Shown here: in pieces, positions 52,926 through 62,507 of the stretch
How positions within the stretch are numbered: the first letter of the stretch is position 1
Layout: the number at the start of each line of letters is the position of its first letter
Assembly (NCBI GenBank): GCA_963674945.2
Contig: CAXXWQ010000004.1
Coordinates: 896,001 to 960,000, forward strand
DNA: 64,000 nt
DNA from: an uncultured Desulfosarcina sp.
Lineage (GTDB): Bacteria; Desulfobacterota; Desulfobacteria; Desulfobacterales; Desulfosarcinaceae
Direction: 5' to 3'
Program-made: the position numbers and the translations under genes
The notes under the pieces: generated by a model
The model's database searches: none
What the model was told of the DNA's origin: nothing
Seen by the model: only the letters and a program-made list of their open reading frames with translations

Positions 52926-53810
52926 ATGGAAACGATTCTCACCTACCGCGGCAAAACCGTAACAGTTCAGGATGCGGCGTTTATCCAGCAGCTGATCGAC
53001 CGAAACCCGAGCGACAGCCGAAGACGCCTTTCCGTCAAACTTTGCCAAGCCTGGGATTGGCGCCAAGCCAACGGCGCCTTTCGGGATATGGTCTGCCGGG
53101 GCTTGATGCTCGCTCTTCACCGGGCCGGGCACATTCGATTGCCGGCCAAAAAAATGACCCCGAACAATCCTTTGGCCAGACGAAAAGAGCCTGAGAACAT
53201 CACCATTGAGCGATGCCCGATAGAAAGCAAGCTGTCAGCCATTACCCCCCTTACATTCCGACAGGTTCGCCGAACCGATGCCGAACCGTTGTTCAACAGC
53301 TTGTTGGAACAGTACCATTATTTGGGCTACACCCAGCCGGTCGGTGAACACCTGAAATACATCGTTTATTCTCAAAAGCGGCCCATCGCGTGCCTGTCCT
53401 GGTCATCGGCCGCCAGGCATATCGGATGCCGTGACCGGTTCATCGGTTGGTCCCAGCATCGGCGAATGGCGAACCTGCATTTGATGGCATACAACAGCCG
53501 CTTTTTGATATTGCCCTGGGTTCGCGTATCACACCTGGCCTCTCATATTCTGGGGCGGATGCGTCGTATCCTGCCAACGGATTGGCAAGCGATATACAAT
53601 CATCCCATTTATTATCTGGAAACCTTCGTGGACAAGGACCGGTTTGCCGGCACCTGTTACAACGCCGCCAACTGGATTTACCTGGGAGATACCACCGGCC
53701 GTGGGAAGAATGACCAAACCCACCGGCCGAACCGATCCATCAAAGCGGTTTGGGGATATCCGCTGGTCAAGATGTTCAGATCTCGTCTTACCGCAGGAAA
53801 AAGCGCATGA
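52926..53810 (+). CDS. DUF4338 (DruA-like) protein
   Basis: YHYLG, RDRFIGW, NSRFLILPWV, LETFVD..RFAGTCYNAANW.YLG.T.GRG. Confidence 0.82.
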   Translation: METILTYRGKTVTVQDAAFIQQLIDRNPSDSRRRLSVKLCQAWDWRQANGAFRDMVCRGLMLALHRAGHIRLPAKKMTPNNPLARRKEPENITIERCPIESKLSAITPLTFRQVRRTDAEPLFNSLLEQYHYLGYTQPVGEHLKYIVYSQKRPIACLSWSSAARHIGCRDRFIGWSQHRRMANLHLMAYNSRFLILPWVRVSHLASHILGRMRRILPTDWQAIYNHPIYYLETFVDKDRFAGTCYNAANWIYLGDTTGRGKNDQTHRPNRSIKAVWGYPLVKMFRSRLTAGKSA

Positions 53811-55366
53811 CACCGCCGCCCATCGAACTTTCGGCCGAGGAGCTTAACGCACTGATCGATCGGGTCAAATCTCGCAGCCTTTTGGATAAGGATTATGCAA
53901 CTATTGCGGCCATGGGCGAGACGATCAACGTGTTGAGTCACAGTGTGGATGAAAAAGCCGCATCCATCAAACGCTTGCTGAAAATGATCTTCGGCGCATC
54001 CACGGAAAAAACCGATACCATTGTCAAAAAACGAAAACCGAAGAGCGCTGATAAAACGCCCAAGGCCAAGAAAAAAGGCCATGGCCGAAATGGGGCTGAT
54101 GATTACACCGGTGCCGAGAAGATCACGGTGTCTCATGGTGAGCTTAAACATAAAGATCCGTGCCCGCTTTGTCCCAAGGGCAAGGTCTATGTATATAAAC
54201 AGCCCAAAACCCTCATCCGTGTCACCGGCACCTCGCCGTTAACAGCGTCGATATACGAGCTGGAAAAATTGCGCTGTAATCTGTGTGGAGAGATTTTTAC
54301 GGCCGATGCCCCACGGGATGTCGGCGAGGAAAAATACGATGCATCCGCCGGAGCAATGATTGCTCTTTTAAAATATGGCAACGGCTTTCCTTTCTACCGG
54401 CTTCAAAATCTGCAGGACAGTATCGGCATACCGCTGCCTGCATCGACCCAATGGGATATTGTCAGGGATTTTTATTGGCACGCCTACCCGGCCTTTGATG
54501 AACTGATCCGGCAAGCGGCTGGCGCAAAGCTGATCCATAATGACGACACCACCATGAAAATTCTTTCTTTGGTCAACGAAACACAAGATGCCAAAAGAAA
54601 GGGCATTTTTACCAGCGGCATGGTGGCGGTGTCGGACGATCACAAAATCGGGCTGTTTTTTACCGGAAACAACCATGCCGGAGAAAACCTGGCGGATCTA
54701 CTTACCAAGCGCCAGGCCGATCTGGGTCCGCCGATCCAGATGTGCGACGCGCTGTCGAGAAATGTGCCCAAGGATTTTGAAACCCTTTTGGCCAACTGCA
54801 TCTCACATGGAAGGCGGCGCTTCGTGGATGTATACGATAACTTCCCGGACGAATGCACTCATGTACTCAACGTGTTGGGCAAGGTGTATAAAAACGATGC
54901 CGATGCCAGGGAGCAAAACCTTTCTGACGATCAGCGCCTCGAATACCATCGGAACCATAGCGGTTCGTTGATGAAGGATCTTAGAGACTGGTTTGATGAG
55001 CAGTTCGAGGAAAAAAATGTGGAGCCCAACTCCGGGCTTGGCCAGGCCATCAAGTATATGTGCAACCACTGGGAGAAACTGACCCTGTTTTTACGTCAGC
55101 CGGGTGCCCCGTTAGACAATAATGTTTGTGAACGCGCCTTGAAAAAAGCGATTTTGAATCGGAAAAACGCCTTGTTCTACAAGACTGAACGTGGTGCCCG
55201 AGTCGGTGACCTGTTTATGAGCCTGATCCACACCTGCGAACTATGCACTGCAAATCCTTTTGACTATCTGGTTGCCATCCGGGAACACTCAGAGCAGGTG
55301 AAAGCCCGCCCGGATCAATGGATGCCGTGGAATTATGAACGGCAGACCTCTGAAATCAACTCCTAA
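53807..55366 (+). CDS. tnpC: IS66 DDE transposase TnpC
   Basis: Zn ribbon CPLC...CNLC, HNDDT, CDA, C..HGRRRF, LDNNVCERALK. Confidence 0.9.
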   Translation: MTPPPIELSAEELNALIDRVKSRSLLDKDYATIAAMGETINVLSHSVDEKAASIKRLLKMIFGASTEKTDTIVKKRKPKSADKTPKAKKKGHGRNGADDYTGAEKITVSHGELKHKDPCPLCPKGKVYVYKQPKTLIRVTGTSPLTASIYELEKLRCNLCGEIFTADAPRDVGEEKYDASAGAMIALLKYGNGFPFYRLQNLQDSIGIPLPASTQWDIVRDFYWHAYPAFDELIRQAAGAKLIHNDDTTMKILSLVNETQDAKRKGIFTSGMVAVSDDHKIGLFFTGNNHAGENLADLLTKRQADLGPPIQMCDALSRNVPKDFETLLANCISHGRRRFVDVYDNFPDECTHVLNVLGKVYKNDADAREQNLSDDQRLEYHRNHSGSLMKDLRDWFDEQFEEKNVEPNSGLGQAIKYMCNHWEKLTLFLRQPGAPLDNNVCERALKKAILNRKNALFYKTERGARVGDLFMSLIHTCELCTANPFDYLVAIREHSEQVKARPDQWMPWNYERQTSEINS

Positions 55367-55521
55367 CCGTGGGCAGGGGCTTATCACCCTGCCTACGTAG
55401 CCATTCTGTCAGCACCGTAGCCCCGCCTTGAGAAAAATCTGCTTACGCACCGTTGCCGAAAGGACACCTTTGCAAGGCGATCGATTCCGTGTCTCATTTT
55501 GGACTTAATAACTGTTGAAAC

Positions 55522-55550
55522 TTGACACATTGGTTTCATTTGGGTATCTT
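55522..55550 (+). promoter_or_regulatory. sigma70-type promoter of the Xre-RES operon
   Basis: TTGACA-17bp-TATCTT, overlapped by palindrome TTGACAGTGTCAA. Confidence 0.6.
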
Positions 55551-55592
55551 GACAGTGTCAAATAAAACTATCAGATTGAAGGGCTTTGAACA

Positions 55593-55997
55593 ATGGAACA
55601 AACCTGCTTGGCATCGCTCGGATCAGAAAACAACCAAAGCCTGATCGCCCTGTGCAAATCTGGTTTAAGTGCCAAAATATTTGATGAAGTGGCCGATTGT
55701 TTACAGGTGCCGGACATCCGCCTAGCCAACATCATCAATTTAAAAAAAAGCACGCTCATCAGGCGAAAACGTGAAGGTCGGCTAAATTTTGAAGAGTCAG
55801 AACGGCTGTATCGTATCGTTCGACTGTTTAACATGGCTGAAAAAATTTTAGGCTCAGGTGAACATGCGCGGGAATGGCTGAACACACCCTCCAATGATTT
55901 CGAGGGCAAATCACCGCTCGATTATGCGGATAATGAAATCGGTGCAAGGGAGGTTGAGGCCGTATTAGACAGGATCGGTGACGGAGTGATCTTTTGA
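55593..55997 (+). CDS. Xre/MbcA/ParS antitoxin
   Basis: ESERLYR, AREWLNTP...G.SPLD, GAREVE. Confidence 0.9.
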   Translation: MEQTCLASLGSENNQSLIALCKSGLSAKIFDEVADCLQVPDIRLANIINLKKSTLIRRKREGRLNFEESERLYRIVRLFNMAEKILGSGEHAREWLNTPSNDFEGKSPLDYADNEIGAREVEAVLDRIGDGVIF

Positions 55998-56455
55998 TCA
56001 GAGCCTGGCGTCTCGTTGCGGCTACATATGCCGACCGGATCATGTCTGGAGGCGGTGCTTTCCGCCATGGAGGGCGATGGAACAGCCAGGGAAGAGCTGT
56101 GGTTTATATGTCTGAAAGCCTGTCACTCTGCGTTCTTGAGAACCTGGTGCACATGGTAAAACTGCCCGTGATGCGTAGCTTCAAGAGCATATGGGTGGAT
56201 ATCCCCGAATCATTAATTCACGCTTTAGAAAAAAAAGATCTGCCCTCTTCATGGAAAGAATTACCTGCTCCGGAAGCCACTAAAGAGATCGGCGACAAAT
56301 GGTTTGATGCAAAGGTGTCTGCTGTTTTGAAAGTGCCAAGTACTGTTGTTTCGGATGAATGGAACTTTGCACTTAATCCGGCACATCCGGATTTCGAAAA
56401 ATTGGTAATTGGTGAGATCCGCGATTTTGAATTCGATGAACGTCTATATCCATAG
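55994..56455 (+). CDS. RES-domain NAD+-consuming toxin
   Basis: GGRWNS.G...VY.SESLSL..LE, VPS, N..LNP.HPDF. Confidence 0.9.
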   Translation: MIRAWRLVAATYADRIMSGGGAFRHGGRWNSQGRAVVYMSESLSLCVLENLVHMVKLPVMRSFKSIWVDIPESLIHALEKKDLPSSWKELPAPEATKEIGDKWFDAKVSAVLKVPSTVVSDEWNFALNPAHPDFEKLVIGEIRDFEFDERLYP

Positions 56456-56638
56456 ATACTATCACTAATTCAGACAGGCCCGATTATTGGATTTGACTCA
56501 CAATGGAACGAAAAATTACGCTAAACTTATAGATGCCCGGTTGTGGGGTTTGTTTAGATATAGGGAAAAATCCAACAATCTTGTTTCAATCCGCCGGTTC
56601 CGGTCCAGAGCGTCTTTAAAAATCCAGAAACAAAAAAG

Positions 56639-57751
56639 TCATTCACTCCGATTCACCTTTTCAAATAAAGGTTTAATCTTTTTGTCCAATAAATGCTCAG
56701 CCTGCTCCAGACCGCGAATTGGATAGCTATGTAGATCCAGATACAGCTGAATATCTGAGACAACTCGAAGGCTATCGATAATTCGGCTGTCATGAAAAAC
56801 GGAATGCTTGTAATAGGGAAGCATCAAAATCAGATTTGCCCCTTGTTCTGCGTTTTCAAGGTTCATCTGTTTTTCAAAATACTCCAATGCCTTTTCATTG
56901 CCGACGTACATATGAACTTCTTGATAAGCAGCATATGAGGCAACCAGATTGCCGCCGGCCTGAACACTAAGCGCATAATTGACATTGGAAGGTATTTTCA
57001 GATTTCGAATCTTATCCAAAACGTCAACCGAACTCGTTGCCATCAAAAAATAGCTGAAATTTTTGTTTTTATTGAAATTATAATTTCTGGTCCAGTCATC
57101 GAGGATGCCTACAGGATCTCGAAGTTTTATTTTGGAATTAATGCGTGAAATATATTTTCGTTTTTCAAGCTCTTTTGCCATGCGCGAAACAAAACCTGGA
57201 TCCAAATGAACCCTTTGGGCCAACTCCCTGACTCCCCACAGATGCCCCGCATCTTTAAGAATAGATCGAAGGATGAGACTGGCTTTATCTGAAAACGGCC
57301 CCCTGCCCTTCCGTTCTTCCGGAAACTTATTTGGGAAACCAGTTCGCTCCACATAGAGGCTTCTAAATTTGATGAACACGTTTCCGGAAAGGTCAATAAA
57401 ACAAACACCCTGATCCCGACAAATGTTCTGCCGCCGTTGGCTTAAATAAGGAGCAGCCAATACCGGCACTGCATCATTAGACGCGTTTGCTATCGTCTTG
57501 AGTCTGGATATCTTGTCTTTCAACACTGAAAGACTGGTTTTCGCCACAACCTCAATAGTCAACTGAAAACGCAAATCACCATACCGGACTCGAGCAACAA
57601 GATCTGGCGAATCGGCTTCGTTTGATATCGAGTCTGGCACCATGTTGATTTTCAGATCGTCTAAAGATAGAAGCCCTTCTAAGGATCTTTCCAGCTCTTT
57701 TTTTATTTTTTGTTCAGATCTCATGTTGTCTACTTTTAGAATGTTGTCCAT
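56639..57751 (-). CDS. AbiEi-like antitoxin (370 aa), copy 2; partner NTase reduced to ~14 codons
   Basis: Near-identical to 43409-44521; downstream similarity stops at about 56604. Confidence 0.75.
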   Translation of the reverse strand: MDNILKVDNMRSEQKIKKELERSLEGLLSLDDLKINMVPDSISNEADSPDLVARVRYGDLRFQLTIEVVAKTSLSVLKDKISRLKTIANASNDAVPVLAAPYLSQRRQNICRDQGVCFIDLSGNVFIKFRSLYVERTGFPNKFPEERKGRGPFSDKASLILRSILKDAGHLWGVRELAQRVHLDPGFVSRMAKELEKRKYISRINSKIKLRDPVGILDDWTRNYNFNKNKNFSYFLMATSSVDVLDKIRNLKIPSNVNYALSVQAGGNLVASYAAYQEVHMYVGNEKALEYFEKQMNLENAEQGANLILMLPYYKHSVFHDSRIIDSLRVVSDIQLYLDLHSYPIRGLEQAEHLLDKKIKPLFEKVNRSE

Positions 57752-57825
57752 TTGGACAACAAATTAATTAAAAACAACACTCACGTCAAGAATAAATTTG
57801 AAGTAACCATATGGAGAGGTGATCT

Positions 57826-58010
57826 ATGACAACGATTAATCGCAAAGAACTCTATAAAAAGGTATGGGAAGCGCCCATCACTCGATTGTCAAAGGAATAT
57901 GGCTTGTCTGATGTGGGCTTTGCCAAGATATGCAGAAAACACAATATACCACGGCCGCCACGGGGATATTGGGCCAGAAAGGCGGCCGGATACAGGGTAA
58001 AACGGATCCC
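57826..58010 (+). pseudogene. Truncated copy of the 44596-45795 gene
   Basis: First ~62 codons match, then unrelated sequence. Confidence 0.85.
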
Positions 58011-58239
58011 ATTTCTCCGCCAACAGACGGGAGAAAGAAAAGACCGCGCCCCAGCCGTCGGCCGTGCCGCCCTGCCGGCGCTCATCCATGTGCCACATGG
58101 TGAGAGGGTTTCAAATTTGCGTGCCCCCCCGTCTTATCGCGGCGAAGCTGAAAGCGTAGACGGAAGCGACGATAAGGGTGAAGCCGTTGTAGGCTACTGC
58201 GATTCCTTGGTAACAACGATACATCCATTGATATTGATA

Positions 58240-58405
58240 AATGCTGGTGGCTGATAATGTGTAGTAGCCTAGTACAGCGGGACTATTAGTTTCCACGAGT
58301 ACGAATGTGGCTGCCACGTGTTTGCGGATATCCTGGCCGGCTTGCCTGTGCAGATAGCGGTCCAGGACAACTTTGCTGCATGTAAAAACTTTGCGATTGT
58401 GGCTG
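58240..58405 (-). pseudogene. N-terminal fragment of a GNAT (TacT/AtaT-like) toxin
   Basis: HNRKVFTCSKVVLDRYLHRQAGQDIRKHVAATFVL...VLGYYTLSA. Confidence 0.7.
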
Positions 58406-58473
58406 TATTGATCAAACGATGCACATGATACGTCCCCCGTTCTACCCTTTAAATTAGATATGCGATACGGTTA

Positions 58474-58520
58474 CTATTCTGTGCAAATTGGAACCCCATA
58501 TTCCAATTTGCACAGAATAG
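58474..58520. promoter_or_regulatory. Perfect 20-bp inverted repeat immediately upstream of a TTGACA and the ATPase gene
   Basis: CTATTCTGTGCAAATTGGAA-7nt-TTCCAATTTGCACAGAATAG. Confidence 0.7.
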
Positions 58521-58559
58521 CCTTGACAGAGTCTCACCGCTTATTTAATCATGCTGAAT

Positions 58560-59732
58560 ATGAAAGATTATATTCCGCGCCGAATCACCTCTGACATAGA
58601 GCGAAAATTCAAAACCACACCAGCGGTTGCGATTTTGGGACCGCGCCAGTGCGGAAAGACCACTCTTGCCAAGCGAATCCTTTCAACGCTGACATCGTCT
58701 GTTTACCTGGACCTGGAAAGGCGTGCCGATCTTAATAAACTTCGCGACCCGGATGCTTTTTTTGATTTAAACAAAGATCGGCTGATTTGTCTGGATGAAA
58801 TACAGCGCGTGCCGGAGTTGTTTCCGGAAATGCGATCGAGCATCGACAGACAGGATAAACCGGGTCAATTTTTACTTTTGGGTTCGGCTTCTCCCGAGTT
58901 GCTCCAACAAAGCTCCGAGTCCCTTGCCGGGCGAATCTCTTACGTAGAGTTGGCCCCTTTTAGCCTTCAGGAACTTAGCCCGCAGAGAATCGATTTGGAC
59001 TTGATGCGAACCCTCTGGCGAAGGGGCGGTTTTCCCCGCAGCTATCTGGTTGGTGATGAAGATGAAAGCTGGGAATGGCGTCGGGATTTCATCCGTACTT
59101 TTCTTCAAAGAGACATCCCACAACTGGGAATTCGGATACCGCAAAGGCGGCTTGAGCGTTTCTGGACTATGTGCGCTCATATCCACGGTCAGTTGTTGAA
59201 CCGCTCAAAATTGGGGGCGTCATTAGGAGTAAGCCACCATACGATCAATACCTATATCGATTTGCTTGACCAAACCTTTCTGCTGCGTGTGCTTGAGCCC
59301 TACCATGCCAATATAAAAAAACGTTTAATCAAATCGCCGAAAATTTTTTTGCGCGATACAGGCCTTTTACATGCGCTGCTGGACATAAAGAGCCATAATG
59401 ACCTGCTCGGGCATCCGACCTATGGATCGTCCTGGGAGAGCTTTGTCATTGAAAACACGTTAACCTCATCTCCGGAGTGGAAACCCTATTTCTACAGAAG
59501 TGCCGTGGGAGATGAAATTGACCTGTTGCTTCGAAAGGGGCGCCAACGGGTGGCCATTGAAATCAAAGCTTCGACATCCCCTGAGGTGACATCGGGATTC
59601 TGGCGGGCATTGAATGACTTAAACGTTGATAAAGCCATTATTGTAGCACCGGTTGAGTCGTCCTACCCATATAAAGGTGATATCCAAGTCATCCCACCAC
59701 AATCCGTCCGGGAGTACTTGGAATCCATATAA
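58560..59732 (+). CDS. Second AAA_14-DUF4143 ATPase (distant paralogue of 48825)
   Basis: GPRQCGKT, LDEIQR, LLGSAS, RGGFP, KSPKIFLRDTG, EIDL...IEIK. Confidence 0.9.
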   Translation: MKDYIPRRITSDIERKFKTTPAVAILGPRQCGKTTLAKRILSTLTSSVYLDLERRADLNKLRDPDAFFDLNKDRLICLDEIQRVPELFPEMRSSIDRQDKPGQFLLLGSASPELLQQSSESLAGRISYVELAPFSLQELSPQRIDLDLMRTLWRRGGFPRSYLVGDEDESWEWRRDFIRTFLQRDIPQLGIRIPQRRLERFWTMCAHIHGQLLNRSKLGASLGVSHHTINTYIDLLDQTFLLRVLEPYHANIKKRLIKSPKIFLRDTGLLHALLDIKSHNDLLGHPTYGSSWESFVIENTLTSSPEWKPYFYRSAVGDEIDLLLRKGRQRVAIEIKASTSPEVTSGFWRALNDLNVDKAIIVAPVESSYPYKGDIQVIPPQSVREYLESI

Positions 59733-60317
59733 ATCGTCCATTCTGAGAATTCGATGGCTGTCGAACAAGTCCCTAGCTTGTCGGCGCGAGAATAGCGCAG
59801 CCAATTTCCCGGCAGCCAATTCATTGAGATTCAGCACGGGAATTTCCGTTGCTCGCCACGTCCCGACAGCATGAGAATCTCTGATTGTCACTGGCCACAA
59901 TGGAACACGGAACATGAAATTAAGATCTACTTCTAAGTTACCACCCTGGCCAAGAGCGTTTTTATACCGCAACGACCACTTGCCTCCGGCGTGCTCTTCA
60001 GGCATCCGCCTGACAGTGAACCCCTCACGAGCAAAAACTGCCTGAACGGCTTGTTCGACCTTGGGGCGGTCAGCGAGCATGCCATCTCGATCTGCGGCTC
60101 CCACATAGTTCAAATCGATGTCGACAGAAAGCCGGGGTACATCAAAGACAAATAGGTTCAAGGCCGTTCCGCCCTTGAGCACCAGCTTCCCTTTGAGGAA
60201 TGGATGACTCCGCAATGCATCCAACAGCCCCAACAGCTGAGCAACCTTTTCGAGCATATCCGGCCTGAAGCCTGTCGCTTCCGCTTCGGCTGCAAGCTTC
60301 TCGGGAGAAATCTTCAT
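59727..60317 (-). pseudogene. AbiEii nucleotidyltransferase toxin, probably C-terminally truncated
   Basis: LKGGTALN, RLSVDIDL, GKLAALFSR..ARDLFD, then the frame runs antisense into the ATPase 3' end. Confidence 0.75.
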
Positions 60318-61120
60318 GACACCTCTCCCCATGTTCGTCCGAGGACTTCGCTTGGGACCACCAAGTTCCATTCCGACACGAATCGACCAGATTTCCGCTT
60401 GGAACGGTTCAGGTAATGAGGCTGCCTTGGACGCAGGTCGCGAAGCACATTAAGATGTCGGTCATCAACCATCAATGTTTCGCGGTGTTGATCGAGAAAA
60501 AACCCCACTTTTGCCCCGGTGGTCGAATTTCCAAGCAGGAGCGCGTATTCCACGACCTTATCGAGGTCGAAGAATTCGACGGACTCCAGCGACCGCCATA
60601 TTTCCTCCCAACTTCCTGAGAGGTCTGGACGATCAAGCACATCGACCAAGGTCCGTTCCAGGGTCGTAACCCTCAATTCCAGGCCAGATCGCTCTGCGGC
60701 CGAAACACCAAAATTTTCTTTGCCAAAACGGACAAGCGCTTGACGAAACCTCGCTCCCCGGAAAACGTACGCTCGAAAATTCAAAGATCCAAGCGGACGG
60801 GATGCCGAGTAGACAAAGTGTGTATGAACCGAGTAAGCCTTGCCGTAAAATTCAAGCGCGGTGTAGTGCGACAGCACTGCATCCGGTGTTAACTTCACGG
60901 CTACGAGAAAAGGGTCGATAGGATATGAACCGGGATCGGCTCCCGGGGGAATAACGGCATACAACCCTCGTCGCACCAGGACAATCCGACCAACCTTCCG
61001 GTGATAGGCCAAAAATGACTCCTGCGTTCGTCCGCGGACCTCGCCCAGAGACGATAAATGACCAGCCAACTCTTTTCCGGTAAAAACCGGATGCTTTCGG
61101 AAAAACTCATCATGTTTCAT
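60314..61120 (-). CDS. AbiEi antitoxin (268 aa), copy 2
   Basis: Near-identical to 47780-48586. Confidence 0.85.
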   Translation of the reverse strand: MKHDEFFRKHPVFTGKELAGHLSSLGEVRGRTQESFLAYHRKVGRIVLVRRGLYAVIPPGADPGSYPIDPFLVAVKLTPDAVLSHYTALEFYGKAYSVHTHFVYSASRPLGSLNFRAYVFRGARFRQALVRFGKENFGVSAAERSGLELRVTTLERTLVDVLDRPDLSGSWEEIWRSLESVEFFDLDKVVEYALLLGNSTTGAKVGFFLDQHRETLMVDDRHLNVLRDLRPRQPHYLNRSKRKSGRFVSEWNLVVPSEVLGRTWGEVS

Positions 61121-61751
61121 CGTCGGCGTCCTTGACTTTGTTTCATGTTACCCATAAAAATTCCATGGGTTTCATAATTAAATGTCAAGTAAAAGCCTCG
61201 GTCCAATCTATCCAACCGACTTGACAGATTAACACAGAACCCATATCTAATTATGGGTTTCGCATGTGCGTGTCAAGAGCTAAATGAGGAAATAGGGGGA
61301 AGTCGGGTTTGTGGGGAAATCTGAAGGAAATCTGATCAGCTTCCAAAGCTGGGGTTTTTTAATGTGAATACATGTCCGATTATCGCAAATGATTGGCCTA
61401 ATAATGAGCGACCCTTGCGTTGGACAAACACACATTATAGGTCGTGCTTACCTAAACTAAAAAGTACCGGTGATAGAATCAATGGTCCGCCACTGGCCAT
61501 GACTCCTATTGCGGTTTCGTTCGGCAAACTTGTTGTTTCCAAAGGGAAACCGGGGCCGGGACCATCTTGAAGGATACAGATTCGAATTGATTGTTTGAGG
61601 AGGCATGAAAACATAGACCTGCCTATTATGGTGTCAGCTGCGGTCTGAAGATGCATCAAAGCTGGCGATTTAAAAATGTTCAATGATTATGCCGAGAAGT
61701 TTGGTCACCCGAGCCGTTTTTTTACGACTCGGGCGACTTTTCACGGCGGTT

Positions 61752-62507
61752 TTATCCTTCGATTTTCTCTTTCATACGATAGCTTTTCCCTTCGATGAGA
61801 ACGGTTTCGGCATGGTGCAACAGCCTGTCGAGGATAGCGGAAGTCAGCGTACTGTCGTTGTTAAAGATTTCCGGCCAGTCTTTGAAAGCTCGGTTGGACG
61901 TGATTGCCAGCGCCCCTTGCTCGTAGCGCCGACTGATGACCTGGAACAATAGATCCGCGCCGGCCTTGTCGATGGGCAGAAAGCCCAATTCGTCGAGGAT
62001 CAGAAGTGAGGGACGGGTATATTTTTTCAATTCCTGTTTCATCCGTCCCGCGGCCTGGGCAGCCGAGAGGGTGTTGATCACATCGATGGCCGTGGCAAAC
62101 AAAACCGTATATCCCGCAAGACAAGCCTCGTAACCCAAGGCGGATACCAGATGGGTTTTGCCCAGGCCCACACCGCCCAGGAAAATGATATTGGCCGGTT
62201 GTTTGACAAATTGCAACCTGAACATTTGCTGAACTTGAAGGCGGTTGATCTTCTTAGGCCAGGTCCAATCGAATGCGTCCAGCGTTTTAACCACCGGAAA
62301 ACGTGCCTGGTTAATACGGCGTTTGGTGGAACGATCTTTTCTCAAGGCCGCTTCGCCATCGGCCAGTTTTTCCAAATAGTCCTCATGGGACCAGTTGTTT
62401 TTGGCGGCCTGTTTTGCCATTTGGTGATGTTGTTCACGCATGAACGGCAGTTTCAAATATTTGAGATGACAGTCAAGGGGATGCTCCGGGAATTGCTTGT
62501 CGGTCAT
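61752..62507 (-). CDS. istB: IS21 helper ATPase IstB
   Basis: GGVGLGKTHL, LILDELGF, RRYEQG, AILDRLLHH, GKSYR. Confidence 0.95.
   Translation of the reverse strand: MTDKQFPEHPLDCHLKYLKLPFMREQHHQMAKQAAKNNWSHEDYLEKLADGEAALRKDRSTKRRINQARFPVVKTLDAFDWTWPKKINRLQVQQMFRLQFVKQPANIIFLGGVGLGKTHLVSALGYEACLAGYTVLFATAIDVINTLSAAQAAGRMKQELKKYTRPSLLILDELGFLPIDKAGADLLFQVISRRYEQGALAITSNRAFKDWPEIFNNDSTLTSAILDRLLHHAETVLIEGKSYRMKEKIEG

Larger units (their letters stand above)
52037..55467 (+). mobile_element. IS66-like element with four ORFs (tnpA, tnpB, DUF4338, tnpC)
   Basis: IRs GTGTGTTTTCGGCAA / TTGCCGAAAGGACAC (13 of 15 match); splits the LysR remnant. Confidence 0.85.

Noticed and set aside
52926..53810. 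Complete Druantia defence system
   Set aside because: No DruE helicase or other dru genes; the DUF4338 ORF lies inside IS ends
52029..55475. 8-bp target duplication for the IS66-like element
   Set aside because: Flanks ACCCTTTC and CTTTGCAA do not match
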